A stretch of 52,207 bases of DNA, filler included, from Sphacelaria rigidula (Eukaryota): the NCBI GenBank assembly GCA_964200075.2. It is 4 parts of 4 records of this genome, joined end to end, with 100 filler letters (N's around TTAATTAATTAA, not from the genome) between each part and the next. Parts side by side here need not be neighbours in the genome. Positions count along the whole stretch, not along the records: positions 1 to 12,979 come from CAXNAA020003252.1; positions 13,080 to 26,056 come from CAXNAA020003253.1; 2 more parts are not named here. The stretch is one strand, 5' to 3'. Positions 10,481 through 22,334 of this stretch are shown here, piece by piece. A program made the position numbers and the translations under genes. The notes below the pieces were generated by a model. The model was not told the origin of the DNA. It did no database searches and was given only the letters and a program-made list of their open reading frames with translations. Numbering within the stretch: the first letter of the stretch is position 1; each line of letters begins with the position of its first letter.

Positions 10481-12979
10481 TGTGCCACATGGCTTAGGTG
10501 GAAAAGGTCATGGCACGGAAAAGCCTGCAGCTCATCTACTACGACTGCACTATATGGGGTATGACCCATCTCATCCATGAGCAAACACAAGAAAGCGAGG
10601 CATTACACCGCTCTGGTATACACACCTAGGAAAGAACACACACACATATATAGAGAGAAAGATGGGGGAAAGGGAGAGCAGAGAGAAAGGGGACTACAGA
10701 AGTGGTGAAGCCAAAGGAATTCAGGACAGCACGGCAGATACAGACACACACCAGGGGCGCACCGCCGAGCCACCGACCAAGGACACAATCAACAAGCGAT
10801 AGGGGCACACAGGATTCTTCGATTGGCAGGAAATCCTAAAACATGTTCTTGCATCGTACGCTGTGGTCGTACGCCGACACAGTCACCAACGTTGTTGGCG
10901 GGTGCGTGTTGTTCGCGTGACAAAAGTGTTTTCACACAGACTTCACAACTGGGCAGTGCTGTATTGCAAAGAAGCAGAAATTGTCGCCACTCGGTCGAAT
11001 GCATGTGCCAGAGTCGCGTGTATGGCACTCTTGCTTGTCGCGATGTACATCATGCTCTTACAACCAAAAAAGGCATCACACATGTTGCTACTTGTAAAAA
11101 TACAGACAACATCATGCACGACAACAAGAGTGTTGTTCGGCACAGCAATATATTAGTGACAGCAGAGCGGTACGGCGCAACGCTATACAGCTCGACAGTA
11201 GACGGTTGCCTTGCTGGTCAGTTCTGTCGGAATGTACAGTAAACAGTCGGTACAAAGTAGAAATGTAGCGATCGTGAGTGTCCTCGGGGGCAGCATGATA
11301 TCGTGGAACTGTTGCCTACTTCTGTTGTTTGGTGATAATTGGGTAAATATACTGGATACTGGCGCACATCGACAGGTCCGCCAGCAGTGCCAGCAGTCGA
11401 CACTTGAAAAACATGCCAAATCATATTATATTGCAGTCACCAAATTCAAACCAAAAGCAAGCAGGCTGATTCTGCTCTGGATCGAACCTCATCAGTCATG
11501 CGATCTGCATTTGGGTGGCGTTGGTGCCTTTTCGCACAAGGAATACCGTAGGTGGTATACGGGGTATAGCACCCCCAGTGATGACCTAGATTCTATCGAG
11601 ATGCGAGACCCACAACTTTCTCGATATCCTTACCAGGACACGCAGTGGGTGGCCGTGATCATGGCGGTTTAATGCGAACACTATGGTCAGAAATTTGGCG
11701 GTCGCCAACATGTTGCCCAGGGCACCCGACATTTGGCATGCGTCGACAGTGTGATGGTTTGAACTGGTTCCTTGTACCAGGAAATCCTGCGGCTTACGAC
11801 CACAGGAACACTCTTACCTCCCACGTGATCGGCAAGCCAAAACACTACCTACATCAGGTCAGAGTCCCCAAAAGACATGTCTGTTCGTCCTATGCTCTGG
11901 TGCTCAAAGGGTAAACATGGGCGCGGGGGGTGTTAAACACCATCATCTCGATTAGCGTACTGTACTGTAAACCGTCTTCGGCTCTTGAAACTTCCGTACT
12001 GTCGTGCGACTTTCGATATGATGGGATGGACACCCGGAGCATCTCACGCCCAGCAAGCACATGCAAATACTTACGGACGATTCGACTAAGATCAATATGG
12101 CTGTTGACCATCACAGCTGGTATCATGTTCACCTCGTCTCTGTCTAGAAGCAGCTCTCCTTCGCCAGTACGGCCAAGCTGCCCCCCGGGCCGCTTTCAAA
12201 ATCCACCTAGAGGAGTATGTGTAACGGTTGCGTATGTGCAAACACTACAACCGAGAGGCGGCCTTGCTGTTTGTCAGTTGTCGATCAAGTTGAAATGCGT
12301 CCCCGACCGTGCCCTTGATAGCGAATAACGGCACACTGTCTGATCCCAGAAAAAAGGATTTCTTGAATAAGCTAACTCCGCCCGTCTCGCCTCTTGCCCA
12401 CAGCCGCACCGCTTTCAAACGCCCGAGAGAAGACCGTTATGTACAACCGTCTTGTGCGGATTATGTACCAACGGGAGTCTTCTCGTTCCTTAGGATCTCT
12501 TGATAGTTGAACTGCGTTCCCGACGGTATTCTACGGCTAAAGGACACTGTCCACAACGGAGGACATTGAAAATCTATGAGGTATTGTCTGCACCACGGTA
12601 CCGCACGATCTGTCGGCGTCAACCCCCAAGAACGGCGAAGGGATGCTCCCCGTGTTTGACTTCGCCTGATGATCTTCACGTTCGCCCTTGCCATGTTCTC
12701 AGACCCGTAATTTCACGATTCAGACACGATCGGTGGCCAGTTTGGTAACCTCGTCATCTTCTTTGACGTTTAGGGCGTTGTTTCGAATCTTGGTAACGTC
12801 ATACATTTTTTTCCCCCTCGCATCGTGCCCAACAGTGGAGAGCGACTATGTCGTGGGTACACAAAGTTCAATAATCGACAAGAGTCATCCTACGATAAGG
12901 GAGGGGGGTATTTGGTCGCACGAAAAAAGAGGCTCAGAAGTGTGTCAGACATCCTGCCACACTTGCGTTGCGCTTGTAT

Positions 12980-13079
12980 NNNNNNNNNNNNNNNNNNNNN
13001 NNNNNNNNNNNNNNNNNNNNNNNTTAATTAATTAANNNNNNNNNNNNNNNNNNNNNNNNNNNNNNNNNNNNNNNNNNNN
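12980..13079. other. Scaffold gap spacer (N44-TTAATTAATTAA-N44)
   Basis: The same 100-nt spacer occurs three times. The linker has stops in all six frames. Confidence 0.97.
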
Positions 13080-13155
13080 GAAAGTGTGAGGAAAGCACTG
13101 TTTTAGGCTTGAACCTCAACTCGTAGTTAAACCTCAATTCGCACAATTTGTTGTT

Positions 13156-14858
13156 CTAGATAAGATAATTCAAGGTAGGACATACGCCGGGTCGACAACG
13201 TACCGTTTCTTTCTGGACGTGCAAAAGACTTATGACACAGTATGGAGGAATGGGTTGTGGAAGAGGCTGTGGTCAGCTGGGATCAGAGGAAATAGGTGGA
13301 GAATGGTAAAAAAGATGTCAGAATGTGCCAAAAGTACCATGATGCTAAACGGGGAAACATCGAAACATATTGATATTTCGATATCTTACAAGGAGTTGCA
13401 CAAGGATGCACGTCATCACCCACTTTGCTCAAGCTATTCATTAATGACTTGGTACCAGCAATATAAGCAGAAAATCAAGGAGTCAAGGTGGGGGAAGATG
13501 CGATATCAGATTTGATGTTCGCCGATGATTTTGTGGGGATTTCAGGAACAGCAGCAGGATTGCAAAAACAGATAGATAAGGCGCTAGAATACACTAGGAA
13601 ATGGAGAGTGACACCGAACGTCAACAAATGCGCGGTACTCGTCTATAAAGAAGATAAGAAAAATCCGGTAGAGTTCAAGTTGAAATGGGGAGAAGAGGAA
13701 CTTCAGATTGTAGACCAGTATGCATACCTTGGCGTAGAGATATCAAGAAACTGTTCTTGGGATGCACGCATAAACAAAGTAATAGAAAAGGGTAAGCTAG
13801 GCACAGACAGGCAGGATGGGCATGATCCTCAGAGACTCGCACTTAGACACGAGGATTAAGAGATGTGCCCTGATGAACGTGATCGTTCCAAAGCTGGAAT
13901 ATGTAGGAGAAGTATGGGAGAGGAACGTGAAGATGGTGAAGAAGTTAGAAACAATACAGATGGCAGCAAGAAGATACTCGGATGCTCGAAAACGACGAGT
14001 AATACAGCACTGAGAGCAGAGTTGGGAATGTACTCACTTGAAACAATCAGAGACATGAGGGAATTGATATGGAAATATAGCGTAAACGTGCAACAAAAGA
14101 GACTGCCAGCTATAGTTGATAAGGCTGTATGGAAAAAAGGTACGAAAGGGCATGCTATATGGTGGGATAGAGAAGTCGAGAAAGTATGGAAGGAGATAGG
14201 ACGAAACCAAGACGAAATACTGTCCATAGGCGAAGGCGTGGGGTACGAGACAAAAGTAAGAGACATGAAACAATATTGGGAGGAGGAGCGCTCAGACGCA
14301 AGGTAGATTCGGAAGAACACCCGAAGATATACGGGGGGTTGAGAGAAGGGATCGGAATGAAACCATATCTTCATGGCCCCATGCACTCGGCGAAAAATTT
14401 GAAAATGCGATTCCGGTTTGGGAACCTGGACCTGCCAGAAAGAACAAAGAGATATACCAGTAGTCGTGTGGAGGAGGAAGTAGATGAACAGAACTGCCTC
14501 TCTTTGGCGAAGGAATAGAGAGCAGAAGTCATATAGTTGCAGAACGTGAACTATACAAGGAGGAACGGGACGTGCTAGAGGGGGAAATGCGGGACTTGAA
14601 CGAAGGTGGCATGAAATCGTTTGATGCATTGGATAGTGGCGAGAAAACGATGGTTATACTAGAAGATAGGCGGTGGCCACTGACGGCGAAAAAGGACGGG
14701 GATAAGATATATAAAACGTTTTTGTGCAATGTAAGGAAGAAACGTAATGGGCGCCGGAATGTTGAAGGTAGCTCCATTAGGAGTAGGAAAAGTGATCCGT
14801 CTCGAAAGGAATGCGTGGTCAATGGTCTAAGGACTAAGGCAAGCAACAAATGCGGACG
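13156..14858 (+). mobile_element. LINE family A, degenerate reverse transcriptase and C-terminal region, 5' part lost at gap
   Basis: Non-LTR RT motifs across frameshifts: FFLDVQKTYDTVWRNGLW, GVAQGC..SP.L..LFINDL, LMFADDFVG, NVNKCAVL, YLGVEI, ALRAELG. Ends AAATGCGGACG followed by a C-run. Confidence 0.93.
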
Positions 14859-15030
14859 CCCCCCTGCCCCCCCCCCAGCCTATCGTAGCATGACTCAGGG
14901 GCAGAAAGTTTTCAATGGCAACCAATCGACTCAACGACTTCGAATGGACCTTCAATACCAAGCAATTTTCACTTTCGAGTAAAACATATTCCTTTTGACG
15001 AATTTCTCCCACCACGGTTTACAGATGCTA

Positions 15031-15379
15031 TCGCCTGGTCGGTGGCTCGGTTGGTAACCTCGAAACCTCCTGACGGTTGGGTCGTGGGTTCATATTTCGG
15101 AGCGATCTGGGATTTTTTCTTACACCATGCCCAACAGTGGAGAGCGACTATGTCGTGGGTACACAAATTCAAATTCGACTTAACGGTTGACGAGGGAAAG
15201 GGGCTTATTGACCTCTCTCGCGATAAAAAATATAGGCAAGCACCGCAGAAGGAAGGTGGGGCACTAAAAGCACAAAAAAAGAAAAAGCTCCTGTGGTGAC
15301 CTTCCTTCTGTGTGACCCCGGCTGGTGCGCCCACATATACCGAAATATGTAGACCGGCATCCAGAACAGATGGGACGAC

Positions 15380-15434
<55 letters not shown>
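15031..15434 (+). mobile_element. tRNA-derived SINE, second full copy, long (CA)n tail
   Basis: GGTGGCTCGGTTGGTAACC..GGGTTCATAT head, body homologous to 9885-10235, (AC)n at about 15381-15434. Confidence 0.82.
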
Positions 15435-15437
<3 letters not shown>

Positions 15438-15896
15438 GCCTAAGCTAGTGCTATCGCCTAAGCTACCCGGAAATCTGAGACAACGAATCATGGAAACTCT
15501 TGTCTACTGTACCAATGGTCCACAACTCCAGCCAAGTGCCCTCTCGACTACAACATCAAACGCCACAACGCATCGCCAAACCGAGGGTATACTTGAGTAT
15601 GCGGCCAGGTGGAGTAAACAGGACATAAATTGTGATGGTCTGCAACCGGCGAGGAGTATGACACAAAAAATCGAAAGGAAACAAGACGAACGGCACACAC
15701 CATGTGGCGAACCGACGATGAAAATAGCAATCGTCACAGCACACACCATGACGAAAAAATACGGCTGCAAAACCAACGCCAGTGGTAAAATGAGTATGAA
15801 CGAGTAAGATTCAGCAGTAGTAGAGACAGACCGCTCGAACACAACGCAATACCTCAATACAGGGGCACCAATGCTAATCACGTGTTTCTGCTCTTC

Positions 15897-16060
15897 ATTG
15901 GTTGATTGATTGTTGCGCTTTAACTGCTGACCCCCCAGGGGTTCAGCCGTGGTCACACGAAACACGTACCCATGAAAAACAGAAAACGAAGCACTCGCTG
16001 AAGAAAAAGAAGGAACAGAAACGAGGTCGAACAGAACGACAAAGTAGACTAAGACCCTCA
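15897..16060 (-). mobile_element. 3' UTR fragment of RTE-like LINE family B
   Basis: GATTGATTGTTGCGCTTTAACTG...CAGCCGTGGTCACACGA..ACGTACCC, matching 10290-10365. Confidence 0.65.
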
Positions 16061-17218
16061 CCCACATATATTCGAGCGTCTGACAAATACACCACCAAGG
16101 TTTGACCGTCCACTATAAGGAAAACAACACGAAAACACTACGATAAAGATTGTAACAAAGGCGTGGAAATAAACAATTCAGTTTGCAATCATTGAGCGTA
16201 CTGGCGGCAAGGAACGAGGATTGTCCAACGGACCTTCTGAGCGTTTCAAGTGCGTCTTGCCCGCTGAACAGCGTCGGAAGATATATGAATACATCAACTT
16301 CGACCTTGCCGCGACGGGCTTGTTTGTATACAGCTGCGAACCCCTACGGCACCCCTCCACGGCGCGGTTGCCCACCTGAAGGTCAGCACGGACACAACGT
16401 ATTGCATACTGCTGGATAAATATAGTTGAATCTCATCTACGACCGATTTCAAAACATATTTTAGGAATGCGACTACCTGTGTACTAAATGAGTGGAGCGT
16501 CTACACCGACGTCTTCGTACACTATAAAACATGAGGGGGGTTAGTTGATATATCGTGTACGTTTGCACTGCAGCTACAAAAATAAGCAGACATTTCAGCA
16601 TGCGGAACGTACCAGGACCTGCTCAGACCAAGTAACCAGTAACCAGCATGCCAAAGTAACAGCACCTACGCACACCAAGCTACCGGCACGCCCCCCACAG
16701 CAAGTTTCGTGTGTTCTGTACATGAGTTGAAAATCCCCCCCCCAACAAACAGCACACGCATTAGACACCGCATTCGCACAGCACAACAAAAACCGTCACA
16801 ACCCGTGTCCTGGTCTCGACACAAGGGACAACACGCCAATGCAACCCGACCGCAACCATAACCATCATCCCCATCATGAATCTCCTGAGAAGGACACAGA
16901 GTATGGCAAGTAGCATCAGCACTTGGACTAACGAGAAATCAATCAACGGTCCAGTTTTATACGTAGCAGCACGTGATGATATAATGCCAAGCGGCACGGC
17001 ACTATTCTTCCAGCATCCGGGATCCGGAAGTGCGGCTTGAGGTCAGTTTTGACGAATAAAGAGCGACACGCACCAGAGTATCCTTTGCTCAACACAAACA
17101 TACACAAATTGACTTCTCCACCCAAACACGACGCTACATCAACGCGAATGATTGAATCACGTTCGGACTATTCAACTGTCTCGAGATCCGAATCTCTGCG
17201 ACCCACACTAGAATTCGG

Positions 17219-17929
17219 TCAGACCGTAGTCTGTGCACCGGGCCAAGCGTCCTCGAACGAGGACACTCCGCAGGACAGGCAGGACCGTACCCTCGGTTGC
17301 CGTAGACCCCCCGCAGTAGGCCACTGCTCGTCGACGCCAGAAACATGACGCGCAATGTAAGAGCTTTGTCTGGGCGTGCCCCTCATGCATGTCTTTCTTC
17401 TCGGCTTGAAGAGCTGAATTTTCCTCATTTCCCCATTTCGGTCGACGGGACCCCCTGGGCGATAAAATAGAAGCCCGAACATCAGGGGTACAACGAGCCA
17501 AAATCCGCTGATTTCTCCTAAGGTACCCACGATATCTAACGGATCAATTTCAGAGAGCCGTTGGTAGCTCTGTGAGCGAATATCCAACTGGATCGAAGCC
17601 AAGGTGTCCGTTCCAAGCTGGTTCGCTTGGGCTATGGCACAGTCAGCGTTGTGCCATGCGGATACCGTCGTGTCGGCTACAGAATAGGTGTGAGTTATGT
17701 CTTTCGCGAGGTTCACATGCTGACTGTATACTACGAAACCCCGAACATACGGAGCTACGGTAGGATCAAAGCTTATTGGTACGTAGAGGGAAATGGGTTT
17801 TCGAAGCGCAGATTCCTCGTCAGCACCTCCTTCTATAAGATACAATTTCACGCTCTCGAAGGCGCCAGTATCCGCCATGGGATCGTAGGAGCTGTTCCAA
17901 GACACCAGGATGTGAAAATGCCACGCCTG
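17219..17929 (-). CDS. Terminal exon of a predicted membrane protein; C-terminal TM region resembles DEG/ENaC TM2
   Basis: Open frame of about 236 aa. Branch-like CCCTGAC and a pyrimidine tract precede ACAG|CAG|GCG. A beta-rich segment precedes YQRLSEIDPLDIVGTLGEISGFWLVVPLMFGLLFY and a basic tail. Confidence 0.7.
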   Translation of the reverse strand, partial: QAWHFHILVSWNSSYDPMADTGAFESVKLYLIEGGADEESALRKPISLYVPISFDPTVAPYVRGFVVYSQHVNLAKDITHTYSVADTTVSAWHNADCAIAQANQLGTDTLASIQLDIRSQSYQRLSEIDPLDIVGTLGEISGFWLVVPLMFGLLFYRPGGPVDRNGEMRKIQLFKPRRKTCMRGTPRQSSYIARHVSGVDEQWPTAGGLRQPRVRSCLSCGVSSFEDAWPGAQTTV

Positions 17930-18236
17930 CTGTGTACAGCCCCGATACACAAAGTGGCAAGCGGGAGCAAGTCAGGGTCGAGCAACGGCGGTATAAGCGA
18001 ATGTCTTCGCAACATATATTGAACGGGCAAACTGCGTTGTTTCGCGAAAACGGTGACGTCAGTAACAATCAAAGACATTACAATGAGCTTGGTGTAACGG
18101 GGTTATTCGGAGAGAGGGTGCTAACTTCAAGATTTCCCGCGCAGAGCATGAAATAGGTGGGTCGCTCGGTGGATTTTAGGGTGAGGTGTACGCCACGGGA
18201 AATCGGACGGGAGATCACCACGGGCAACCTTCATTC

Positions 18237-18574
18237 GATACTTTCTACGATAGCCCTCGCCCCCCAAATAAAGTGGCTGGTTTGGGGAAGCAAAATCTAA
18301 ACGTAAATCGAAATGACAAAAGCCGAGCACCACGAGCAGCTGGGAATTCCCACGCTTGGGGGTTGTTTTCGCCAATGTCGCCCATACGAGGCGCCTCATG
18401 CAGCCTGAACCCAAAGATCAGGCGCTGTATGACGATTTTCTCCGAGACAGTTTTGGGCTGTTTTTGAGGGGGCGTACTCATTTGTTGCTTGCCTTAGCCG
18501 TTTGACCATTGACCATGCATCCCTTTCGAGATGGAGCAGTTTTTGAGGGGGGGGGGGCTATCGTAGAAAGACTC
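18237..18574. mobile_element. MITE family M1, copy 3 (4-bp TSD ATTC) carrying a LINE A stub
   Basis: GATACTTTCTACGATAGC / GCTATCGTAGAAAGACTC. ATTC at 18233-18236 and 18575-18578. Confidence 0.88.
18473..18538 (-). mobile_element. 66-bp 5'-truncated LINE A insertion with 13-bp TSD
   Basis: Reverse complement TGCTCCATCTCGAAAGG...GGCAAGCAACAAATGAGTACG. GTTTTTGAGGGGG at 18460-18472 and 18539-18551. Confidence 0.88.
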
Positions 18575-18949
18575 ATTCCCAGAAGGTTATGTTTGTATTC
18601 CGAGACGCTGGGGGAAAGGGGTTAGGGCGGTTAAAAGCATGGTACGGTAATGGTGAAATGGTAACCGAAACGTGATCCAACACTGCACTTTCTTCTAGAA
18701 GCGAGTGGTGGAAGGTTCATATTCGACACTGAGACCACGGAAGTCTATTGACACCGGCCAGCCCGCTGGCTAGATACAAACGTTTGACTGGATATCAAAA
18801 TCGGCCTGTCTATGATAATCTTTGAAGCTTAAATAATCATCATTGCGGTGTGATATTTTCTGCTACAAACACTGTTAGTGGGTCAATGTTGGTAGTGACA
18901 ACGATTTCGATACGTATCCTTAACTTGTGGGCGAGAGAAGTTAACTTGC

Positions 18950-19085
18950 CTGCGATGCGTCAATTGCTGTCAAGGTTGACAGCTTGAAGCTTGAGCAACT
19001 TTCCGAAACCCTTTCTGACGACACGATCAGTCTCGTGTGTTCGTCCACGAAGTCGTCGGGATTCGTGTCGGCCGTGTAATTGTAC
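18950..19085 (-). CDS. Internal exon of the membrane-protein gene (GC donor)
   Basis: Acceptor TTTTTCCTTGCACCGACAG|G. Encodes YNYTADTNPDDFVDEHTRLIVSSERVSESCSSFKLSTLTAIDASQ. Donor CAG|GCAAGT is phase 0, matching the acceptor at 17929/17926. Confidence 0.62.
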
Positions 19086-19354
19086 CTGTCGGTGCAAGGA
19101 AAAACAGACGTAGTAATTACGGGATAAGTAGTAGATCGGCATGGTGCGGGGTTTGGGCGTATCGTAGCGTATCGTGATTCTCAAGTTACTAGGTCATAAT
19201 TCATAATAATCGCCGCGCCCCGTCGGTGTAATGGTCCGACTGTCGCCTTCAGGGTGAGGAGAACGACGGTTCAGATCCCGATGCGTTGGGTTTCCTCTTC
19301 CAAGCATCTGATTTCCACCGTCGAAACCGTTAGTGGGCGACTGAGCAACGAGTA

Positions 19355-19540
19355 GTTGACTGAGTGTGTTTGACGAGAGGTGACGCGGTGCAGGAGTGCT
19401 GATAGTCATGACCCAACCAGCGAGGTCACAATGTAACGCGTGTACTGAGTCGATCCCTCGAGACCACGGACTTGTCCTGAGGAAGGGGAAGGGTTCAAAG
19501 TGCGACAATTCAATAAATAAATCTAATTAATTCAATAAAA
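19355..19540 (+). mobile_element. 3' end of A-tailed retroposon family C
   Basis: Ends GAGGAAGGGGAAGGGTTCAAAGTGCGACAA plus an AATAAATAAA tail. Related pieces on the other strand at about 790-885, 3226-3400, 4350-4510, 7529-7600, 24290-24360 and 25948-25985. Confidence 0.65.
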
Positions 19541-22334
19541 CCGACAAAATCATATATAGGAGGCCGACGGCTGACGCCGCAGCGATCAGCGGGAGCGATT
19601 TCCGACAAGACAGTGTTTCAGTTAGCGAATTTAATTGAAGAATTAATCGATTCCGAGTTCAAAGCCTAAATCATGACATTTTTCCTTGTTTTACATTCCT
19701 CCGTTGCCTGCGACGTCCTCCAATTCTAAGGTAGCTGCCGTCTTTGCCATTTTAGTTAACGCATGATATATGAAGCCCAGATACATAGAGCCAGCAATAG
19801 ACCACGGTCATGGCTACGCGGGTTGAGAACTCGAAATTGCAGCGATGACATCGAATAGTCTCATAGACTTGTGAGGAAAAGTAGCGGAATTTGACACTTT
19901 CAATTTCCCGATGCAGAGTTGACAATCAGTCCTCTTGGTACCAGGACGCCCTGAAATCCAACGGCATCTAGACTGAAAAGTGAGTAACAAAAACGATGTA
20001 ACGCGAAATGTGTTTCCGTTAGTGTACCCCTTTTCATAGAGGTGATTTCCACAACATGTTGTTGATTGTCTGAGCAGCTTGGCAGACGAGAAAATGCAAA
20101 CTGGTCCAGCGACTAGCGTGCTCACGATCAAAGATGGTGCAGGCTCCAGACGGAGGTCGACGTCCAAGATGGATACCCCATGCATCACTTCAAGTCCCCC
20201 ACAATCTAACATGGGTGTTCCATCCACATTTAAAGAGCCCATATAAAAGTCTAAACTGAAAGTCCCGCATCGACATCTCGCATGGACGTCCCAAATTTAC
20301 CTTGAGATCCGAGGTATATTCAACAGAAGGGTGTCCCACATGAAGATTCTAGATGGAGGTCCCTCACAGATGTAGCGTCCCCAACTGATATCTCCGATGG
20401 ATATCCCAGATGGATGTGATACTACTACGGATGAGTATCCCAGGTGAATTCGAAATCCCAGATGGAGGTAGCATGAACGTGCAGGCCTCCGGTGACTTGG
20501 GCCCAATATCAGTAACAACTCTAGCGCTCTCATTCGAACAAGTCCAATGTGTTCACAAACGTAGGGACGGGATACCGACAGAACGCGTAGGCTCCAGAGG
20601 ATGGGGACGAGAGGTGTCAATTACGGTAGAGGATCCTATCCCCGACCAATTAAAGAGGCGATAATTTCTCCCAGAGATTTAATATGTTCGCTCGTCGAAT
20701 CCGCGAATGGGAAGCGGGAGAGGGCATGCACCTTGCGGGAGTGCGACTTGTCGCTCCACCACTACGGTCCGCTGTAGCAGGCACACTCGGTAGTAGTATT
20801 TAGGACGCATACTGCACTCGCACGATGCAATGCCCCACAGGTTCCAAGTGTTCCGTTTCCACCAGGGGTTATAGGTAGGGTTGATATCGGGTGACAAGTT
20901 TACGGCATTTTGAAAAATTTGTAGGGTGTGCTTGCAAACGGCGAGAGAGGGAGGGAAAGGCGAGACAGGCGAGTCAGAATCATGCGCAGGGGAAGTACCA
21001 ACAGCACTGTCTGTATTGTGCTGATGCGATTTGGCAACTGGACACCTGTGCCAATACATTGCTGTACCGTCCGCGGGCCGAGCACCGATACTGAATGCTG
21101 TCCCCAAGTGGTTCACGAAGTCTGTAAGATTGGCAGCGGAGATATGCAACCCTTCGTTTTGCATTCAACACGCGCGGGTAGTAGGATTTACGCGAATTTG
21201 TCATCAAACATTGCATTGCTGTTTTTCTCGGGTGCTAGATATGACGTCAAGATCCGCATCTTCAGAGGGCTTACAGTCTCAAGCGCCCACTACCTCTACA
21301 CACCACCCACTTCTGCTCAAAGCCCCGAACGGTGCCGATGTGAGCTCTGCCAGTGCACTCTACCCACAGCTCCTTCTCTCCGAACACCCATACGCGCGAG
21401 GTGTCGGTTCATCTGGAATCGAGGTTCGGACTACGGTGGCTGTGAAGTTTGTAAGTCACCGACTATTCGGCGGCGAACTTGCGTAAACCCTCCTTCGCGC
21501 GGGCGCGGCATACAATCCAGCCGTTCCAGCGCTTGCAAAATCCACCCGAACGGAGGCAACAACTTGTGTGACCTAATGTGTCATCACTTGCCCACGAGGT
21601 GGTCCATAGTGCTAGTATCGGTAATCTCACCAAGCCTCCCAGGCCGAGCCAAGCCCGACCCCGACCCCATCCCCAACCTAATCCCAGCCCTGACACTAGC
21701 GGAATGTAGACGATGAACACGGCGCAAGATGGGCTGCCTTAGAGACACTCACAGCATCAACGACAATATTGCCACGGGTGACGGGGTTCAAGCGCCTCTG
21801 CACGGCCCCATGAATTAATCTTTGAGTCAAACAAATAGATGTTACCGCGCGGGTGAATTAGGTGCTTCCACCGGCGTTGGAAGAAAACTATATCTCAGAC
21901 AGCTCCCCGAGAATTTCCCGCGGGCGGAAAACTGTGGCGAAACGATTGGGGGGGAATATGATTTTTTTCGCTCTTCTTGCGTTCGAACCAGAAGCTAAAA
22001 TTCCCAGAGCGTTTTGTCATCGTTTTCAAGGTGAAGATACGACAGCGAGATGCGATTGAAAACTCCTGGATCGCGTATCGAAATGACGACAAGGACGCAA
22101 GCAAGCACGACCGCGGGTTGTTCGATTGGAAGGAAGGCATAAGCAAGCCACTGGAAGTTGTCAGATTGGCTTTCACCAGAGGTTCACGCACCATACAAGC
22201 ATGTAGTTTAGGTTCGAAGTATATCCAGGAGTTTTCAGCAAAGCAAGAGCATCGTCAGAGCTGCAACACATGCCTGCTAGCGGTTAGCTCCGACAGGTAT
22301 CTGATGCGCCAAATGATGACGATCGTGAACGTAT

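Noticed and set aside
13024-13035. TTAATTAATTAA palindrome occurring three times (also 26101 and 39178)
   Set aside because: It is always centred in exactly 100 nt of N spacer, so it is an assembly linker. Adjacency across these gaps is not reliable.
13856-14629. 257-aa minus-strand ORF
   Set aside because: It is the antisense shadow of the purine-rich LINE A coding strand.
14969-15807. VCVC and HTHT repeat ORFs
   Set aside because: These are translations of the SINE (CA)n tail.
20928-21716. 262-aa plus ORF and a possible exon at about 21239-21450
   Set aside because: No recognisable domain, atypical composition and no partner exons that I can link.
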